Assembly (NCBI GenBank): GCA_947085095.1
Contig: CAMTVD010000004.1
Span: 1-64,000 of the forward strand
Direction: 5' to 3'
Origin: an uncultured Thermus sp.
Lineage (GTDB): Bacteria > Deinococcota > Deinococci > Deinococcales > Thermaceae
Length of the DNA: 64,000 nucleotides
Notes under the pieces: model-generated
Database searches by the model: none
What the model was told of the DNA's origin: nothing
Seen by the model: only the letters and a program-made list of their open reading frames with translations
Shown here: piece after piece, positions 37,389 through 47,749 of the stretch
How positions within the stretch are numbered: the first letter of the stretch is position 1
Layout: every line of letters begins with the position of its first letter
Position numbers and translations under genes: made by a program

Positions 37389-39079
37389 GCGGGCACCTCC
37401 AGGGGAAGCCTAACCTGTATCCGGGTTCCCTCGCCAGGGGCGCTTTCCAAGAAGAACCGCCCCCCCACAAGCTCCACCCGCTCCCGCATACCCCAAAGGC
37501 CCTGATGTCCAGAGCCCACCCCCTTGGGGTCAAACCCCCTCCCCTCGTCCTCCACGAAGACCCGCACTTCGCCCAAAACTTCCAACACCCCCACGGAGGC
37601 CCGGGGGCTTCCCGAGTGGCGGGCCACGTTGGTGAGGGCCTCCTGCACCACTCGGTAGACCACGATCTCCAGCTCCTTGGGCAGGGGACGGGCAAGGTGG
37701 AAGGAGAGGTCCACCTCTATCCCTGTGCGCTCGGCAAACTCCCGCACGTACCGCCGGAGGGCCGCTTCGAGACCCAGGTGGTCCAGGACGCTAGGCCTGA
37801 GGTCCAAGGCCAGGCGACGCACCTCGGCCAGGGTGTAGCGGGCAAGTTCCTTCAGGGCCTCCGCCCGATCCCCAGGGAGGCCCTCGAGGCCCAGGATCAG
37901 GCCAGTGAGGGCCTGCCCCACCTCATCGTGAAGCTCCCGGGCGATGCGCCCCCTTTCCTCCTCCTGGGCCTTCAGCCAGGCCTTGAGGAGCTCCGCCCGT
38001 TGCGCCTCCTTTTCCGCCAGGGCCTCGTAGAGGCGGGCGTTTTCTAAAGCGGTGGCCAGAGGGGCTGAGAGGGCCTCGAGGAAGGCCCTGAGCCAGGCCT
38101 CCCTCACCCCGGGCCGCCCATACAGGACCAAGGCCCCATGGGGAGGCACGGGAACCACCACTCCCTCGGACCGCACCACCACCTGTCCGTGGGCTAGGGC
38201 CTCCCGGACCATGGGGGCCACCTCCCCTAGAGGGCAGCGGTCGCGGCAAGCCTCGCAGTGGAGCACCCGCCCGCCGAGCCAGAGGTCCCCGCAGGTAAAG
38301 CCGAGCTCACGCACGAGAAGAGCAAGAACCCTCTCGGAAAGGGTCTTTAGATCCAGAGCGTGCATCTCGGCCAGTACCCGGTTCAAAAGCCTCAGGTCCC
38401 GCTCCCGCCGCTCCACCTCGGCCCCCATGGCGTTAAGCGCCCTTCCCAGAGTGCCAAGCTCATGGGGGGGCTCAGGAAAACGGGCCGACTGCCCCTGCCC
38501 CAGGCGCCCAGCCTCCTGGACCATCAGGGAAAGAGGCTCCAGGAGACGGGTAAGAAACAGGTAGCCTAGACCTCCTCCCAAGCCCACGGCCCAAAGAAGC
38601 CCAAAAACGCCCGTGCGCAACACCTTGAAGAATTCCGCTAGCAAAGGGGTCCGCTCCAGGGCGAGGCGCACCACCCCCGCCTCCCCTCCCATGATCCCTG
38701 CCTCCACCTGGTATACAACCTTCCCAGAAACCTGCAGGACCCGCTCCCCATCCAAGCGGGCCAGGGCCTCAGGCACCCCCTCGGCCAGGGTATGGGCCAC
38801 CACCTCCCCCTGGGAGTTCAGGATGTAGGCGTAGGCCAGGTGGGGGTAACGGTCCTCGAGGTGGCGGAGCTTCTCCTCCACAGACAGCCGATCGGAAAGC
38901 AAAAGATCGTCCAGGACCAGAAAGGACAGATCCCGGGCTAAGCCCCGGGCCTCCTGCCAAAGGGCCCGTTCCCCTTCCGCCAACAGGAAAAGCCCGCCCC
39001 CTATGATGAGCACCCCCCCCGTGGCCAGGGCTGTCAGCAAAGTGGTGAAGAAGAGCTGTTGGACCAGACCCCACCTCAT
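37385..39079 (-). CDS. Sensor histidine kinase (HAMP, GAF-like, HisKA_3)
   Basis: ERGRIARELHDEVGQ, QEALTNVARH and DEGRGF. Confidence 0.93.
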   Translation of the reverse strand: MRWGLVQQLFFTTLLTALATGGVLIIGGGLFLLAEGERALWQEARGLARDLSFLVLDDLLLSDRLSVEEKLRHLEDRYPHLAYAYILNSQGEVVAHTLAEGVPEALARLDGERVLQVSGKVVYQVEAGIMGGEAGVVRLALERTPLLAEFFKVLRTGVFGLLWAVGLGGGLGYLFLTRLLEPLSLMVQEAGRLGQGQSARFPEPPHELGTLGRALNAMGAEVERRERDLRLLNRVLAEMHALDLKTLSERVLALLVRELGFTCGDLWLGGRVLHCEACRDRCPLGEVAPMVREALAHGQVVVRSEGVVVPVPPHGALVLYGRPGVREAWLRAFLEALSAPLATALENARLYEALAEKEAQRAELLKAWLKAQEEERGRIARELHDEVGQALTGLILGLEGLPGDRAEALKELARYTLAEVRRLALDLRPSVLDHLGLEAALRRYVREFAERTGIEVDLSFHLARPLPKELEIVVYRVVQEALTNVARHSGSPRASVGVLEVLGEVRVFVEDEGRGFDPKGVGSGHQGLWGMRERVELVGGRFFLESAPGEGTRIQVRLPLEVPA

Positions 39080-39942
39080 GGCAGCACCTCCCGGGCCCGC
39101 AGGTAGACTCGGCGGTAAGCTTCTCCCGTAGCCGGAACAAAGCCTTTCAGGTACAGGGCCTCGAGGGCTTCCCTGCCCTTGGGCGTGGCTGCGAAGGCCA
39201 AGATGGCCTGGCGTATGCGCGCCTTGGCCTCAGGGGAGAGGCCCCGGCGCACCACCACCGGAGGGGCGGGGTCCTGCGGGCCCTGCCAGAGGAGGCGAAG
39301 CCCCCGCACCCCCAAGGCCTCGTACACCACCGCATCCACCGCCGCCCCCTCGGCCAGCCCCTCCTTCAGGGCCACCAGGGCCCGGTCGTGGCCGTAAGCG
39401 AAGAAGGCCCGGGCAAAGAAGCCCTCCCCTAAACCCCGGGCCGCCAGGCGGGGCCAGGCGTGCCCGGTGTTGGAAAGGGGGTCGGCGAAGGCAAAGGGCT
39501 TAGCAAAAAGCTGGGAAAGGTGCCGATAAGGGCTCCCCTCCCGCACCAGAATCAGGCTGCGGTAGGGGGTCTTGGGCTGAGTAGCCAGGATCACCTCCAA
39601 AAAACCCTCTTCTACCCCAATCCCTGCGGCTAGAGTGCAGACAAACCCCACCTCTGCCTCACCCCGGCGGAGGGCCTCGAGGACCCCCGCATAGGTCCTC
39701 CGGCCAAAGACCTCCACCCGCACCCCCAGCACCTCCCCCAGCCCCCGGGCCAAAACCCGGTAGGGCTCGGCCTCCTGGGGGGAGCGCATCCCCGCCACCA
39801 CCACCCGGATCTCCCCCCCCGCCACCCCCGCCCGGTAGGGTGGGGAAAGGGCTATCTCAGGGGGCTTGGCGCAGGCCCCCAGGAGAAGGAACAAGACGAG
39901 GAGCCTCACTACCCCAGAATAGGAAAGGCTCAGGGGTATCAA
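39076..39942 (-). CDS. PhnD/AioX-like extracytoplasmic oxyanion-binding lipoprotein (start may be about 30 nt downstream)
   Basis: LGAC lipobox, YRSLILV, FAFADPLSNTG, HDRAL and a Cys in GFVCT. Confidence 0.85.
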   Translation of the reverse strand: MIPLSLSYSGVVRLLVLFLLLGACAKPPEIALSPPYRAGVAGGEIRVVVAGMRSPQEAEPYRVLARGLGEVLGVRVEVFGRRTYAGVLEALRRGEAEVGFVCTLAAGIGVEEGFLEVILATQPKTPYRSLILVREGSPYRHLSQLFAKPFAFADPLSNTGHAWPRLAARGLGEGFFARAFFAYGHDRALVALKEGLAEGAAVDAVVYEALGVRGLRLLWQGPQDPAPPVVVRRGLSPEAKARIRQAILAFAATPKGREALEALYLKGFVPATGEAYRRVYLRAREVLP

Positions 39943-40046
39943 TGTCCCAAGGCCTGTCGGGAAAACTGCCTACACCCCTGTCCCCCCTTCGGCGACTACC
40001 CTAGAGGAGCTGAGCCTCCTAGCCTGGGTGGGGAAAGGAGGTGGGT

Positions 40047-40883
40047 ATGGAAAAACACACCCCCATGAATCCGGAGGAGAGGCGGCGCTTCTTGGCCAAG
40101 ATGGCCAGCGCCGTCTTCGCCTCCATGCTGGCCCCCGGGCTGGCCCAGGGAGCGCCAAAGCCAGAGGCCCCGGAGCCCGTGAGCGAGGATGTCCTCCTCA
40201 GGATGCAGAAGGACTTGGAGCGGGCCCTTCAGAACCCCAAGCGCAAATGGGGCATGGTCATTGACCTTAGGAAGTGCGTGGGATGCCACGCCTGCACCGT
40301 GAGCTGCATGGCGGAAAACCGCCTGCCTCCGGGGGTGGTCTACCGCCCGGTGAGCGAGGAAGAGCTTGGAACGTACCCCAACGTCACCTACCGCTTCGTC
40401 CCCAGGCCCTGCATGCAGTGCGACGAGCCTCCCTGCGTCCCCGCCTGCCCCTACGACGCCACCTGGAAGCGGGCGGACGGCATTGTGGAGGTTGACTACG
40501 AGCTTTGCGTGGGATGCGAGAAGTGCATCCCTCCCTGCCCTTACGACTCCCGGCACATGGACTACGGGGAGTACTGGACGAAGGACACCCCGGGCAAAGG
40601 GAGGATGCCCTACGAGACCCTCCCCGGGTACGAGTGGAACAAGAAGGTGGCCCGGGAGGACGAGGCTGGCCCCATGGACAAGGTGCGCAAGTGCCACTTC
40701 TGCCTGCACCGCATTGAAAGGGGCCTTCTCCCCCAGTGCGTGACCACCTGCATGGGCCGGGCCACCTACTTCGGGGACCTCGAGGACCCCACCTCCCTGG
40801 TCTCCCAGCTCATCAAGAAGCCCAACGTGATCCGGCTTAAGGAAGAAGCGGGAACCAAACCCCGCGTGTACTACCTGGTGTAG
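40047..40883 (+). CDS. 4Fe-4S subunit (TtrB/DmsB/NrfC family) with a Tat signal
   Basis: [29 protein letters not shown] and KCHFC. Confidence 0.93.
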   Translation: MEKHTPMNPEERRRFLAKMASAVFASMLAPGLAQGAPKPEAPEPVSEDVLLRMQKDLERALQNPKRKWGMVIDLRKCVGCHACTVSCMAENRLPPGVVYRPVSEEELGTYPNVTYRFVPRPCMQCDEPPCVPACPYDATWKRADGIVEVDYELCVGCEKCIPPCPYDSRHMDYGEYWTKDTPGKGRMPYETLPGYEWNKKVAREDEAGPMDKVRKCHFCLHRIERGLLPQCVTTCMGRATYFGDLEDPTSLVSQLIKKPNVIRLKEEAGTKPRVYYLV

Positions 40884-40892
40884 GAGGTGCGT

Positions 40893-43800
40893 ATGGAAAA
40901 GCTTTCCCGGCGGGAACTCCTAAAGCTCTCGGGCGCAGGCGCCCTCCTCGGGCCCTTGGGCCTCACCCTTCAGGAGGCCAGCGCCCAAGGCATGGGGGCT
41001 TACGAGGTGCAGCTTCCCGAGAACACCATCTACTCCTCCTGCCTCCAGTGCAACACCGGCTGCCCCATCAAGGTGAAGCTCTACGAAGGGGTGGCCAGCA
41101 AGATTGACGGTAGCCCCATCTCCCCTTGGACCTTCCAACCCCATCTGCCCACGACCACGGACCTGGCCACCCTGGCCAAGATAGACGGGACCCTCTGCCC
41201 CAGGGGCCAAGCGGGCATCCAGACCGCCTACGACCCCTACCGCATCCGCCGGGTCCTCAAGCGGGCGGGCCCCCGGGGCAGCGGCAAGTGGGAGGAGATC
41301 CCCTTCCACCAGGCGGTGAAGGAGATCGTGGAGGGGGGAAAGCTCTTCGCCCACCTGGGGGACGAACGCCACTACCCTGGCCTTAGGGAGGTTTGGGCCC
41401 TCAAGGACCCCGAGGTCATGGCCCGCATGGCCCGGGCGGTGCGGGACATCTGGGCGGAAAAGGACAAAACCAAGAAAAAGGCCCTGGTGGAGAAGTTTAA
41501 GGAGGACTTCAAGGAACACCTCCACACCCTCATTGACCCCAACCACCCCGACCTGGGCCCCAAGAACAACCAGGCGGTTTTCGCCTGGGGACGCCTGAAG
41601 GCCGGACGCCGGCACTTCATAGACTGGTTCTTTCAAAGCAGCCTGGGGACCGTAAACCTCCATGGGCACACCACCGTCTGCCAGGGCTCGCTCTACTTCG
41701 CGGGCAAGGCCATGAGCGAGCAGCCCACCTTTGACGCTTCCGGCAAGCTCTCCTGGTCGGGGGGAATGAAGTTCTACTGGCAGGCAGACCTCTCCAAGGC
41801 CCGCTTCGTGGTCTTCGTGGGGGCCAACATCTTTGAGGGCAACTACGGCCCGCCCCTGCGGGTGGGCTGGATCACGGAGAGGGTTTCCAAAGGAGAGCTG
41901 GAATACGCCATCGTGGACCCCCGGGGGCAGAAGGGGATCAAGGAGGCCAGCCGCTGGATCATCCCCAAACCCGGGCACGACGCCGCCATCGCCTTTGGCA
42001 TCATCCGCCTCCTCCTGGAGTGGGAGAAGTACGATGCCAAGTTCCTCTCCGCCGCCAACAGGGCGGCGGCTAGGGCCATCGGCGAGGCCAGCTGGTCCAA
42101 CGCCACCTGGCTGGTCAAGATGAAAGACGGCCAGCCGGAAAGGCTCCTCCGGGCCAGCGATCTGGGTCTTCCCAAGCCCAAGGCCAGGGTGGGGGACAAG
42201 GAGGTGGAGCTGGACGCCCCCGTGGTCCTGGTGAAGGGGAAACCCGTAGCCTTCAACCCCAACGACGAGGCCCAGGCGGTCTTCGGGGATCTCTTCGTGA
42301 ACACCCGGCTTTCGGGGATCCCGGTGAAATCCGCCCTGCAACTCATCAAAGAGGAAGCCTTCAAGCACCAGGTGCGGACCTGGGCAGCCTTCGCCGGGGT
42401 CCAGGAGGGGGACATCCGCTTCCTGGCGGAAAAACTAGCCCAGCACGGCAAGAGGGCCGTGGTGGACCTCCACCGGGGAACCAGCCAACACACCAACGGC
42501 TTCTACACGGTGGCCGCCTGGCTCACCATCAACGCCCTCTTGGGCAACCTGGACCACCAGGGCGGGTCCACCATGGGCTTCACCTACGACATCACGGGCG
42601 CCCGGGCGGGCGGCCCATTTGTAATGGCCCGGCTCCATCCCAAATCCCTAACCCCCTTTGGTGTCAGCCTCATCCGCCACGAGGTCAAGTACGAGGATAC
42701 CACCCTCTTCGCCGGCTTCCCCGCCAAGCGGCCCTGGTACCCCCACGCCTCCGACATCTACCAGGAGGTCCTGCCCTCCGCCGCCCAGGGCTACCCCTAC
42801 CCCATCAAGATCCTCTTCCACTACATGGGGGACCCTGCCTACGCCAATCCCGGGGGCCACGAGCAGATCCGGGCCATGCTGGACCCCGACAAGATCCCCC
42901 TGATCGTGGCCTTTGACATCGTGGTGGGCAACACCTACGCCTTCGCCGATTACATCATCCCCGACCTCTCCTATCTGGAGCGCTGGGAGTTCCAGGGTAC
43001 CCACTTCTCCATCCCCTGGAGGGTCCAGCCCGTGCGCCAGCCTGCCATCGCCCCCATCCCCGAGGAGGTGGAGGTCTTTGGCCAAAAGATGCCCATCTGC
43101 CTGGAAAGCTTCCTGATGGCGCTGGCGGAGCACATGGGCCTGCCAGGGTTCGGGGAAAAAGGCTTTGCCAACGGCATGCCCTTCACCCACATGGACCACT
43201 TCTACCTGAAGCTGGCCGCCAACCTGGCCTTTGGGGAAAGGGCCGATGGCACCGACGCCCTCCCCGAGGCCGACGAGGAAGAGCTCCGCGTCTTCCGCCA
43301 GGCCAGGCGCCACCTCCCCCCCTCGGTCTTCGAGGAGAAGCGTTGGCGGGAAGCCGTGGGCAACGAAAGCCTCTTCCGCCGGACGGTCTACCTCCTGAAC
43401 CGCGGTGGGCGCTTCCAGGAGTTCGCCAGGGTGTATGGCCCTGGCGGCCTCCTGACCAACCGCTACGGACGGCAGGTGAACCTCTTCTTTGAGAAGCAGG
43501 CCCTCTCCCTCCACCCCATGACCGGCAAACCTTACTGGCCGTTACCCGCCTACTTCCTCCCCTACCAGGATGCCCTGGGGCGGCAGCTCCGGGACCCCGG
43601 CTACGGCCTCACCCTCCTCACCCACCGCGACATCCTCATGACCAAGAGCCGCACGGTCTCCAACTACTGGCTGAGGAGCATCAAGCCGGAGAACGCCATC
43701 CTGGTGAACGTGGAGGACGCCAAGCGCCTGGGGCTGAAGGACGGGCAGCTGGTTAAGGTGGTCTCGGCCACCAATCCCAAGGGGGAGTGGGACCTCGGGC

Positions 43801-44078
43801 CCATGGGCCGTAAGCCCATGGTGGGGCGGGTCAAGGTGGTCCAGGGCCTGCGCCCGGGGTGCGTGACCTTCCCCTTGGGTTGGGGGCACTGGGGCTATGG
43901 GGCCACGGACCTGGTCATTAACGGCCAGGTCATCAAAGGAGACCCCAGGCGGGCCATGGGCATCCACGCCAACGCCGCCATGCGCCTGGACCCCTACCTG
44001 AAGGACATGGCCCTCACGGACATCGTGGGAGGTAGCGTGGTCTTCTACGAGACCAAGGTGAACCTGATCCCCGTGTAG
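40893..44078 (+). CDS. Bis-MGD molybdoenzyme catalytic subunit, tetrathionate reductase TtrA-like clade
   Basis: SRRELLK Tat motif; CLQCNTGC...LCPRG; HTTVCQ; ADYIIPD..YLERW; about 1060 aa. Confidence 0.88.
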   Translation: MEKLSRRELLKLSGAGALLGPLGLTLQEASAQGMGAYEVQLPENTIYSSCLQCNTGCPIKVKLYEGVASKIDGSPISPWTFQPHLPTTTDLATLAKIDGTLCPRGQAGIQTAYDPYRIRRVLKRAGPRGSGKWEEIPFHQAVKEIVEGGKLFAHLGDERHYPGLREVWALKDPEVMARMARAVRDIWAEKDKTKKKALVEKFKEDFKEHLHTLIDPNHPDLGPKNNQAVFAWGRLKAGRRHFIDWFFQSSLGTVNLHGHTTVCQGSLYFAGKAMSEQPTFDASGKLSWSGGMKFYWQADLSKARFVVFVGANIFEGNYGPPLRVGWITERVSKGELEYAIVDPRGQKGIKEASRWIIPKPGHDAAIAFGIIRLLLEWEKYDAKFLSAANRAAARAIGEASWSNATWLVKMKDGQPERLLRASDLGLPKPKARVGDKEVELDAPVVLVKGKPVAFNPNDEAQAVFGDLFVNTRLSGIPVKSALQLIKEEAFKHQVRTWAAFAGVQEGDIRFLAEKLAQHGKRAVVDLHRGTSQHTNGFYTVAAWLTINALLGNLDHQGGSTMGFTYDITGARAGGPFVMARLHPKSLTPFGVSLIRHEVKYEDTTLFAGFPAKRPWYPHASDIYQEVLPSAAQGYPYPIKILFHYMGDPAYANPGGHEQIRAMLDPDKIPLIVAFDIVVGNTYAFADYIIPDLSYLERWEFQGTHFSIPWRVQPVRQPAIAPIPEEVEVFGQKMPICLESFLMALAEHMGLPGFGEKGFANGMPFTHMDHFYLKLAANLAFGERADGTDALPEADEEELRVFRQARRHLPPSVFEEKRWREAVGNESLFRRTVYLLNRGGRFQEFARVYGPGGLLTNRYGRQVNLFFEKQALSLHPMTGKPYWPLPAYFLPYQDALGRQLRDPGYGLTLLTHRDILMTKSRTVSNYWLRSIKPENAILVNVEDAKRLGLKDGQLVKVVSATNPKGEWDLGPMGRKPMVGRVKVVQGLRPGCVTFPLGWGHWGYGATDLVINGQVIKGDPRRAMGIHANAAMRLDPYLKDMALTDIVGGSVVFYETKVNLIPV

Positions 44079-44153
44079 GCGCCTCCCCCCGGGGCAACCC
44101 GGGGGGACAAACCTACCCGGATACCCGTGATAGCGTATGGATGGAGGGTTGCT

Positions 44154-44591
44154 ATGATCTCTGCGCTAAGAACTGCGCAAGACCCCACCCGCTTCGCTCT
44201 GGAGCTCATTCGCACGGTGATGCTCCTTCTGTGTCTGGTGGGCTGGGTCATGTACCCGTTGGAGCTCCTCTTGCTGGACCACTGGACCGAGGCCTGGCAG
44301 AGCCGCATCCCCTTTTTCGTAGCAGTACCCGGCTTCGTCTTCACCCTCTGGGTTCTCTTTGACCGGAAGACCCCCTGGGTGCGCTGGGCCTTCATCGTCA
44401 CCATGTGGGCCTCGGTGCTCACCGGGGTCCTCGGGGCCTACTTCCACCTGGTCTGGAACTTTGAGGGGGAGATCAGCTGGGAGTTTGAGGCCGCCATGGA
44501 GGCCATAGCGGGAAGCCGCCCGGTGCTGGCGGCCATGGCCTTCACCCACATGGGGGTAACTGGGCTCTTGAGCATTTACCGGGCCCGCTAG
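44154..44591 (+). CDS. Small 4-TM membrane protein (paralogue 1)
   Basis: LLDHWTEAWQSRIPF, GAYFHLVWN and GSRPVLAA. Confidence 0.75.
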   Translation: MISALRTAQDPTRFALELIRTVMLLLCLVGWVMYPLELLLLDHWTEAWQSRIPFFVAVPGFVFTLWVLFDRKTPWVRWAFIVTMWASVLTGVLGAYFHLVWNFEGEISWEFEAAMEAIAGSRPVLAAMAFTHMGVTGLLSIYRAR

Positions 44592-44601
44592 GAGGTGGCG
44601 G

Positions 44602-45045
44602 ATGATCGAGGCTCTCATTCGTGCCAAAACCGAGGAGGAAAGGCTCTTGGAGTTTTTGCGGAGCATCTTCCTGCTTATCGCCATGGTGGGCTTTATCTTC
44701 TATGGGATAGAGCACTGGATTTTGGACCACTGGACACCGGCTTGGCAAAGCCGCATCCCCTTCTACGTTTCCCTGGTGGGCTTTCCCCTGACCCTCCTTA
44801 TGTTCTTCCACCGGGGCAGGTGGGTCCGCTACCCCTTCCTCCTCTGGATGCTGGTCTCCGTGGTCACAGGAGTGGTGGGGGCCTACTACCACTTGCTTTG
44901 GAACGCCCAGGATGCGGAAGTAAGCCTATGGAGTCTTTCCGGCTTCCTCGAGGCCTTCAAGGGGAGCCGTCCGGTGCTGGCGGCCTTGGCCCACACCCAC
45001 GTGGGTGCCGTGGCCTTCATCGTGGGAATCACCATAAGGGACTAA
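44602..45045 (+). CDS. Small 4-TM membrane protein (paralogue 2)
   Basis: ILDHWTPAWQSRIPF, GAYYHLLWN and GSRPVLAA. Confidence 0.78.
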   Translation: MIEALIRAKTEEERLLEFLRSIFLLIAMVGFIFYGIEHWILDHWTPAWQSRIPFYVSLVGFPLTLLMFFHRGRWVRYPFLLWMLVSVVTGVVGAYYHLLWNAQDAEVSLWSLSGFLEAFKGSRPVLAALAHTHVGAVAFIVGITIRD

Positions 45046-45057
45046 AAGGAGGCGGAG

Positions 45058-45612
45058 ATGAAAAGAGTGGTCTTCGGTTTCCTGGTGCTGGCCCTAGGTC
45101 TGGCCCTGGCGCAGGCCCCCAAGGTGGACGGAAAGATCGCCCCCGGGGAGTACGCCAAGAGCTACAAGCACGAGAAGAGCGGCATCACCCTCTACTGGAG
45201 CGTGGTGGGGGACACCCTCTACCTGGGGCTCGAGGGGGAGAGCAAGGGCTGGATCGGGATCGGCTTCCTCGGCGAGAAGACGGAGAAAAAGAAGGGAAGC
45301 GACAACTACCTCTTCTACATGGAAGGGGGGAAGCTGGTAGCCCTGGACATGTACCAGACCAAGCGCACCGGGGCTCCGGCGCTGGACGAAAGGGAAGGGG
45401 GTAAAAACTCCATCCTGGCTGCCGCCGCCACCTACGAAGGGGGCAGGTGGACCGTGGAGTTCAGCCGCAAGCTGAAGACCGGGGAGGCCACGGACGTGGA
45501 GATCGTCCCCGGGAGGAAGCTGATCCTCATGCTGGCCTACTCGGACAAAATGGACCCCAAGGAGGAGCACAAGAAGACCGATCGCTGGTACGTTGAGGAC
45601 TTTGCCTTCTAG
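45058..45612 (+). CDS. Secreted DOMON-domain protein
   Basis: Signal peptide; PKVDG, LYW, GWIGIGF, TVEFSRKL.TG and a C-terminal His. Confidence 0.8.
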   Translation: MKRVVFGFLVLALGLALAQAPKVDGKIAPGEYAKSYKHEKSGITLYWSVVGDTLYLGLEGESKGWIGIGFLGEKTEKKKGSDNYLFYMEGGKLVALDMYQTKRTGAPALDEREGGKNSILAAAATYEGGRWTVEFSRKLKTGEATDVEIVPGRKLILMLAYSDKMDPKEEHKKTDRWYVEDFAF

Positions 45613-45624
45613 AGGGAACCCTTC

Positions 45625-45657
45625 GGCCCTGGGGTGGCCCCAGGGCCTTTTATTTTT
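45625..45657 (+). terminator. Intrinsic terminator
   Basis: GGCCCTGGGG-TGG-CCCCAGGGCC followed by TTTTATTTTT. Confidence 0.8.
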
Positions 45658-45708
45658 ACTAGCGGTTTATACCCTTGACTTTTATAAGCTCATAGGTACC
45701 ATGAGGCC

Positions 45709-46941
45709 ATGGAGCGGACGGCGCATCCCCAACCCCTAGCTCTCCTCTGCTTCCTCCTGGCTGCCCTTGGGCTTTCCTGGGCCATCCTGCAGGCCTCGGG
45801 CATCCGGCTCCTCCTGGCCTTCTTCGTGGCGGTCCTTCTGGGTCTGGCCCTCTTCCACGCCAAGTTCGGCTTTGCCTCCGGCTTCCGCCGCTTCCTCCTC
45901 ACGGGGGAAAGCCGCCTCTTAAGGGCCCACTTCCTCCTCTTCGCCCTCACCGCCCTCCTCTTCTTCCCCTTTCTCAAGGAGGGGGAGGTCCTCGGCCAGG
46001 CGGTGCAGGGCTTCGTGGTGCCCTTGGGAGTGGCCCTCCTGGTAGGGGCCCTCCTCTTCGGGATAGGGATGCAACTGGGGGACGGCTGCGCCTCCGGCAC
46101 CCTCTACCACACGGGAAGCGGGGATACCCGGGGGATTCTGGTCCTCCTGGGCTTCATGGCGGGCTCCCTCCTTGGGGTCTACCACCTCCCCTTCTGGCAG
46201 GGTCTTCCCGCCTTGGCCCCGGGAAGCGCCCTCACCTGGTTCCCCTCCCCCTACCTGGGCCTGCTCCTCTGGCTTGGCCTCATCGCCGCCCTCTACCTGG
46301 GAGTGAGCCTGGTGGAAAAGCGGCGCCGGGGGCGGATAGACCCCCTTTTCCGCCTCGAGGCCACCCATCCCCTTTTGGGCCCCTGGAGCCTGGTGGGTGG
46401 GGCGGTGGTCCTGGCCTTAGGTAGCCTCCTCCTTCTCCTCCTCCAGGGGCGGCCCTGGGGGGTCACTGGGGCCTTTGCCCTCTGGGGGGGTAAGCTGGCC
46501 GAGGCTTTGGGGGTTCCCGTCCTGGACTGGGCCCTCTTCCACAACCCCGCCTTCGCGGAAAAGCTGCAGGAAAGCGTTCTAAAGGACGCCACCAGCGTCA
46601 CCAACTTTGGCCTCTTCCTGGGAGCCTTTCTGGGGGCCGCCCTGGGCGGGGCTTTGCGCTTCCAGGACCTCAGGAAGATTCCCTGGAGCACCCACCTGGG
46701 GGTCTTCCTGGGCGGGGTGCTCATGGGCTACGGGGCCCGGCTGGCGGGGGGGTGCAACATCGGGGCCTACCTGGGAGGGACGGCCTCCTTCAGCCTCCAC
46801 GGACCCCTCTGGGGCCTCTTCGCCCTCCTGGGAACCGCCTTGGGCCTGCGCCTCAGGCCCCTCTGCCGTCTGGAGAACGAGGCCTTAGCACCGGAGGTAG
46901 CCCGGCAGGACCTCCTCCAGGGGCGTGGGGCGGGGGATTAG
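45709..46941 (+). CDS. YeeE/YedE family sulfur-compound transporter
   Basis: GMQLGDGCASG and MGYGARLAGGCNIG motifs; its own TTGACT/TACCAT promoter. Confidence 0.9.
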   Translation: MERTAHPQPLALLCFLLAALGLSWAILQASGIRLLLAFFVAVLLGLALFHAKFGFASGFRRFLLTGESRLLRAHFLLFALTALLFFPFLKEGEVLGQAVQGFVVPLGVALLVGALLFGIGMQLGDGCASGTLYHTGSGDTRGILVLLGFMAGSLLGVYHLPFWQGLPALAPGSALTWFPSPYLGLLLWLGLIAALYLGVSLVEKRRRGRIDPLFRLEATHPLLGPWSLVGGAVVLALGSLLLLLLQGRPWGVTGAFALWGGKLAEALGVPVLDWALFHNPAFAEKLQESVLKDATSVTNFGLFLGAFLGAALGGALRFQDLRKIPWSTHLGVFLGGVLMGYGARLAGGCNIGAYLGGTASFSLHGPLWGLFALLGTALGLRLRPLCRLENEALAPEVARQDLLQGRGAGD

Positions 46942-47748
46942 GGCCAAGACCTCCGGGGAAAGGGGGGCGGTGTTGCCCCCCTTCAGCATCACGTACTGGT
47001 CCTTGGTGAGGGGGGCGAAGGGCAGGGGGCTTAGGAGAGGCACCACCAGGTCCATGAGGGAAAGGGGGATGGGGAGGAAGGGCTTCCTCCGCCCCACCAC
47101 CTCCATCGCCTTCTCCAGGAGTTCCCGCAAGGTGTACTCCCTGGGCCCTACCAGGTCGTAAGACCCCAAGACGCCCCTCTCCAAGGCCTCCACGAAGGCC
47201 AGGGCCACGTCCCCCACATAAACGGGCCGGAAGGGGAAGCGGCCGTCCCCGATGAGGGGGACGAAGGGCAGGGGGTTGCAGACAAGCCCTTTGAGCACCT
47301 TGCCGAAGAACTCGTCCCCGGGGCCGAAGATGAGGCTGGGGCGGAAGATGGTCCAGGAGAGGCCGCTTTGCCGCACCACCTCCTCCCCCTCGGCCTTGGT
47401 CTCGTAGTAGCGGCTCCCCGTGCCCCGCCTCGCCCCCAGGGCGGACATGTGGAGGAGGCGGGCTACCCCGGCCCTGCGCATCCCCTCCACCAGGTTCCTC
47501 ACCCCTTCCACGTGCACCGCCTGAAAGGTCTGGGGGCCTTCCCGGATGATGCCCGCCAGGTAGATGGCGGCCTCCACACCCCTCAGGTCCGGAACCTCCC
47601 GGGTGATGTCCCCCAGGAGCCAGACCGCTCCCGGGGAAAGGTCCCTGGGCTTCCGGGAAAGGACAAGCGGGGTATGCCCCCGCTCCAGAAGAAGGGACAC
47701 CAGGGCCCGGCCCACGAACCCCGTGCCCCCCACCACCAAAACCCGCAT
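46885..47748 (-). CDS. NAD(P)-dependent epimerase/SDR (NDUFA9-like)
   Basis: GGTGFVG, HMSALGA, YYETK and RPSLIFG. Confidence 0.9.
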   Translation of the reverse strand: MRVLVVGGTGFVGRALVSLLLERGHTPLVLSRKPRDLSPGAVWLLGDITREVPDLRGVEAAIYLAGIIREGPQTFQAVHVEGVRNLVEGMRRAGVARLLHMSALGARRGTGSRYYETKAEGEEVVRQSGLSWTIFRPSLIFGPGDEFFGKVLKGLVCNPLPFVPLIGDGRFPFRPVYVGDVALAFVEALERGVLGSYDLVGPREYTLRELLEKAMEVVGRRKPFLPIPLSLMDLVVPLLSPLPFAPLTKDQYVMLKGGNTAPLSPEVLALIPRPTPLEEVLPGYLRC

Positions 47749-47749
47749 C

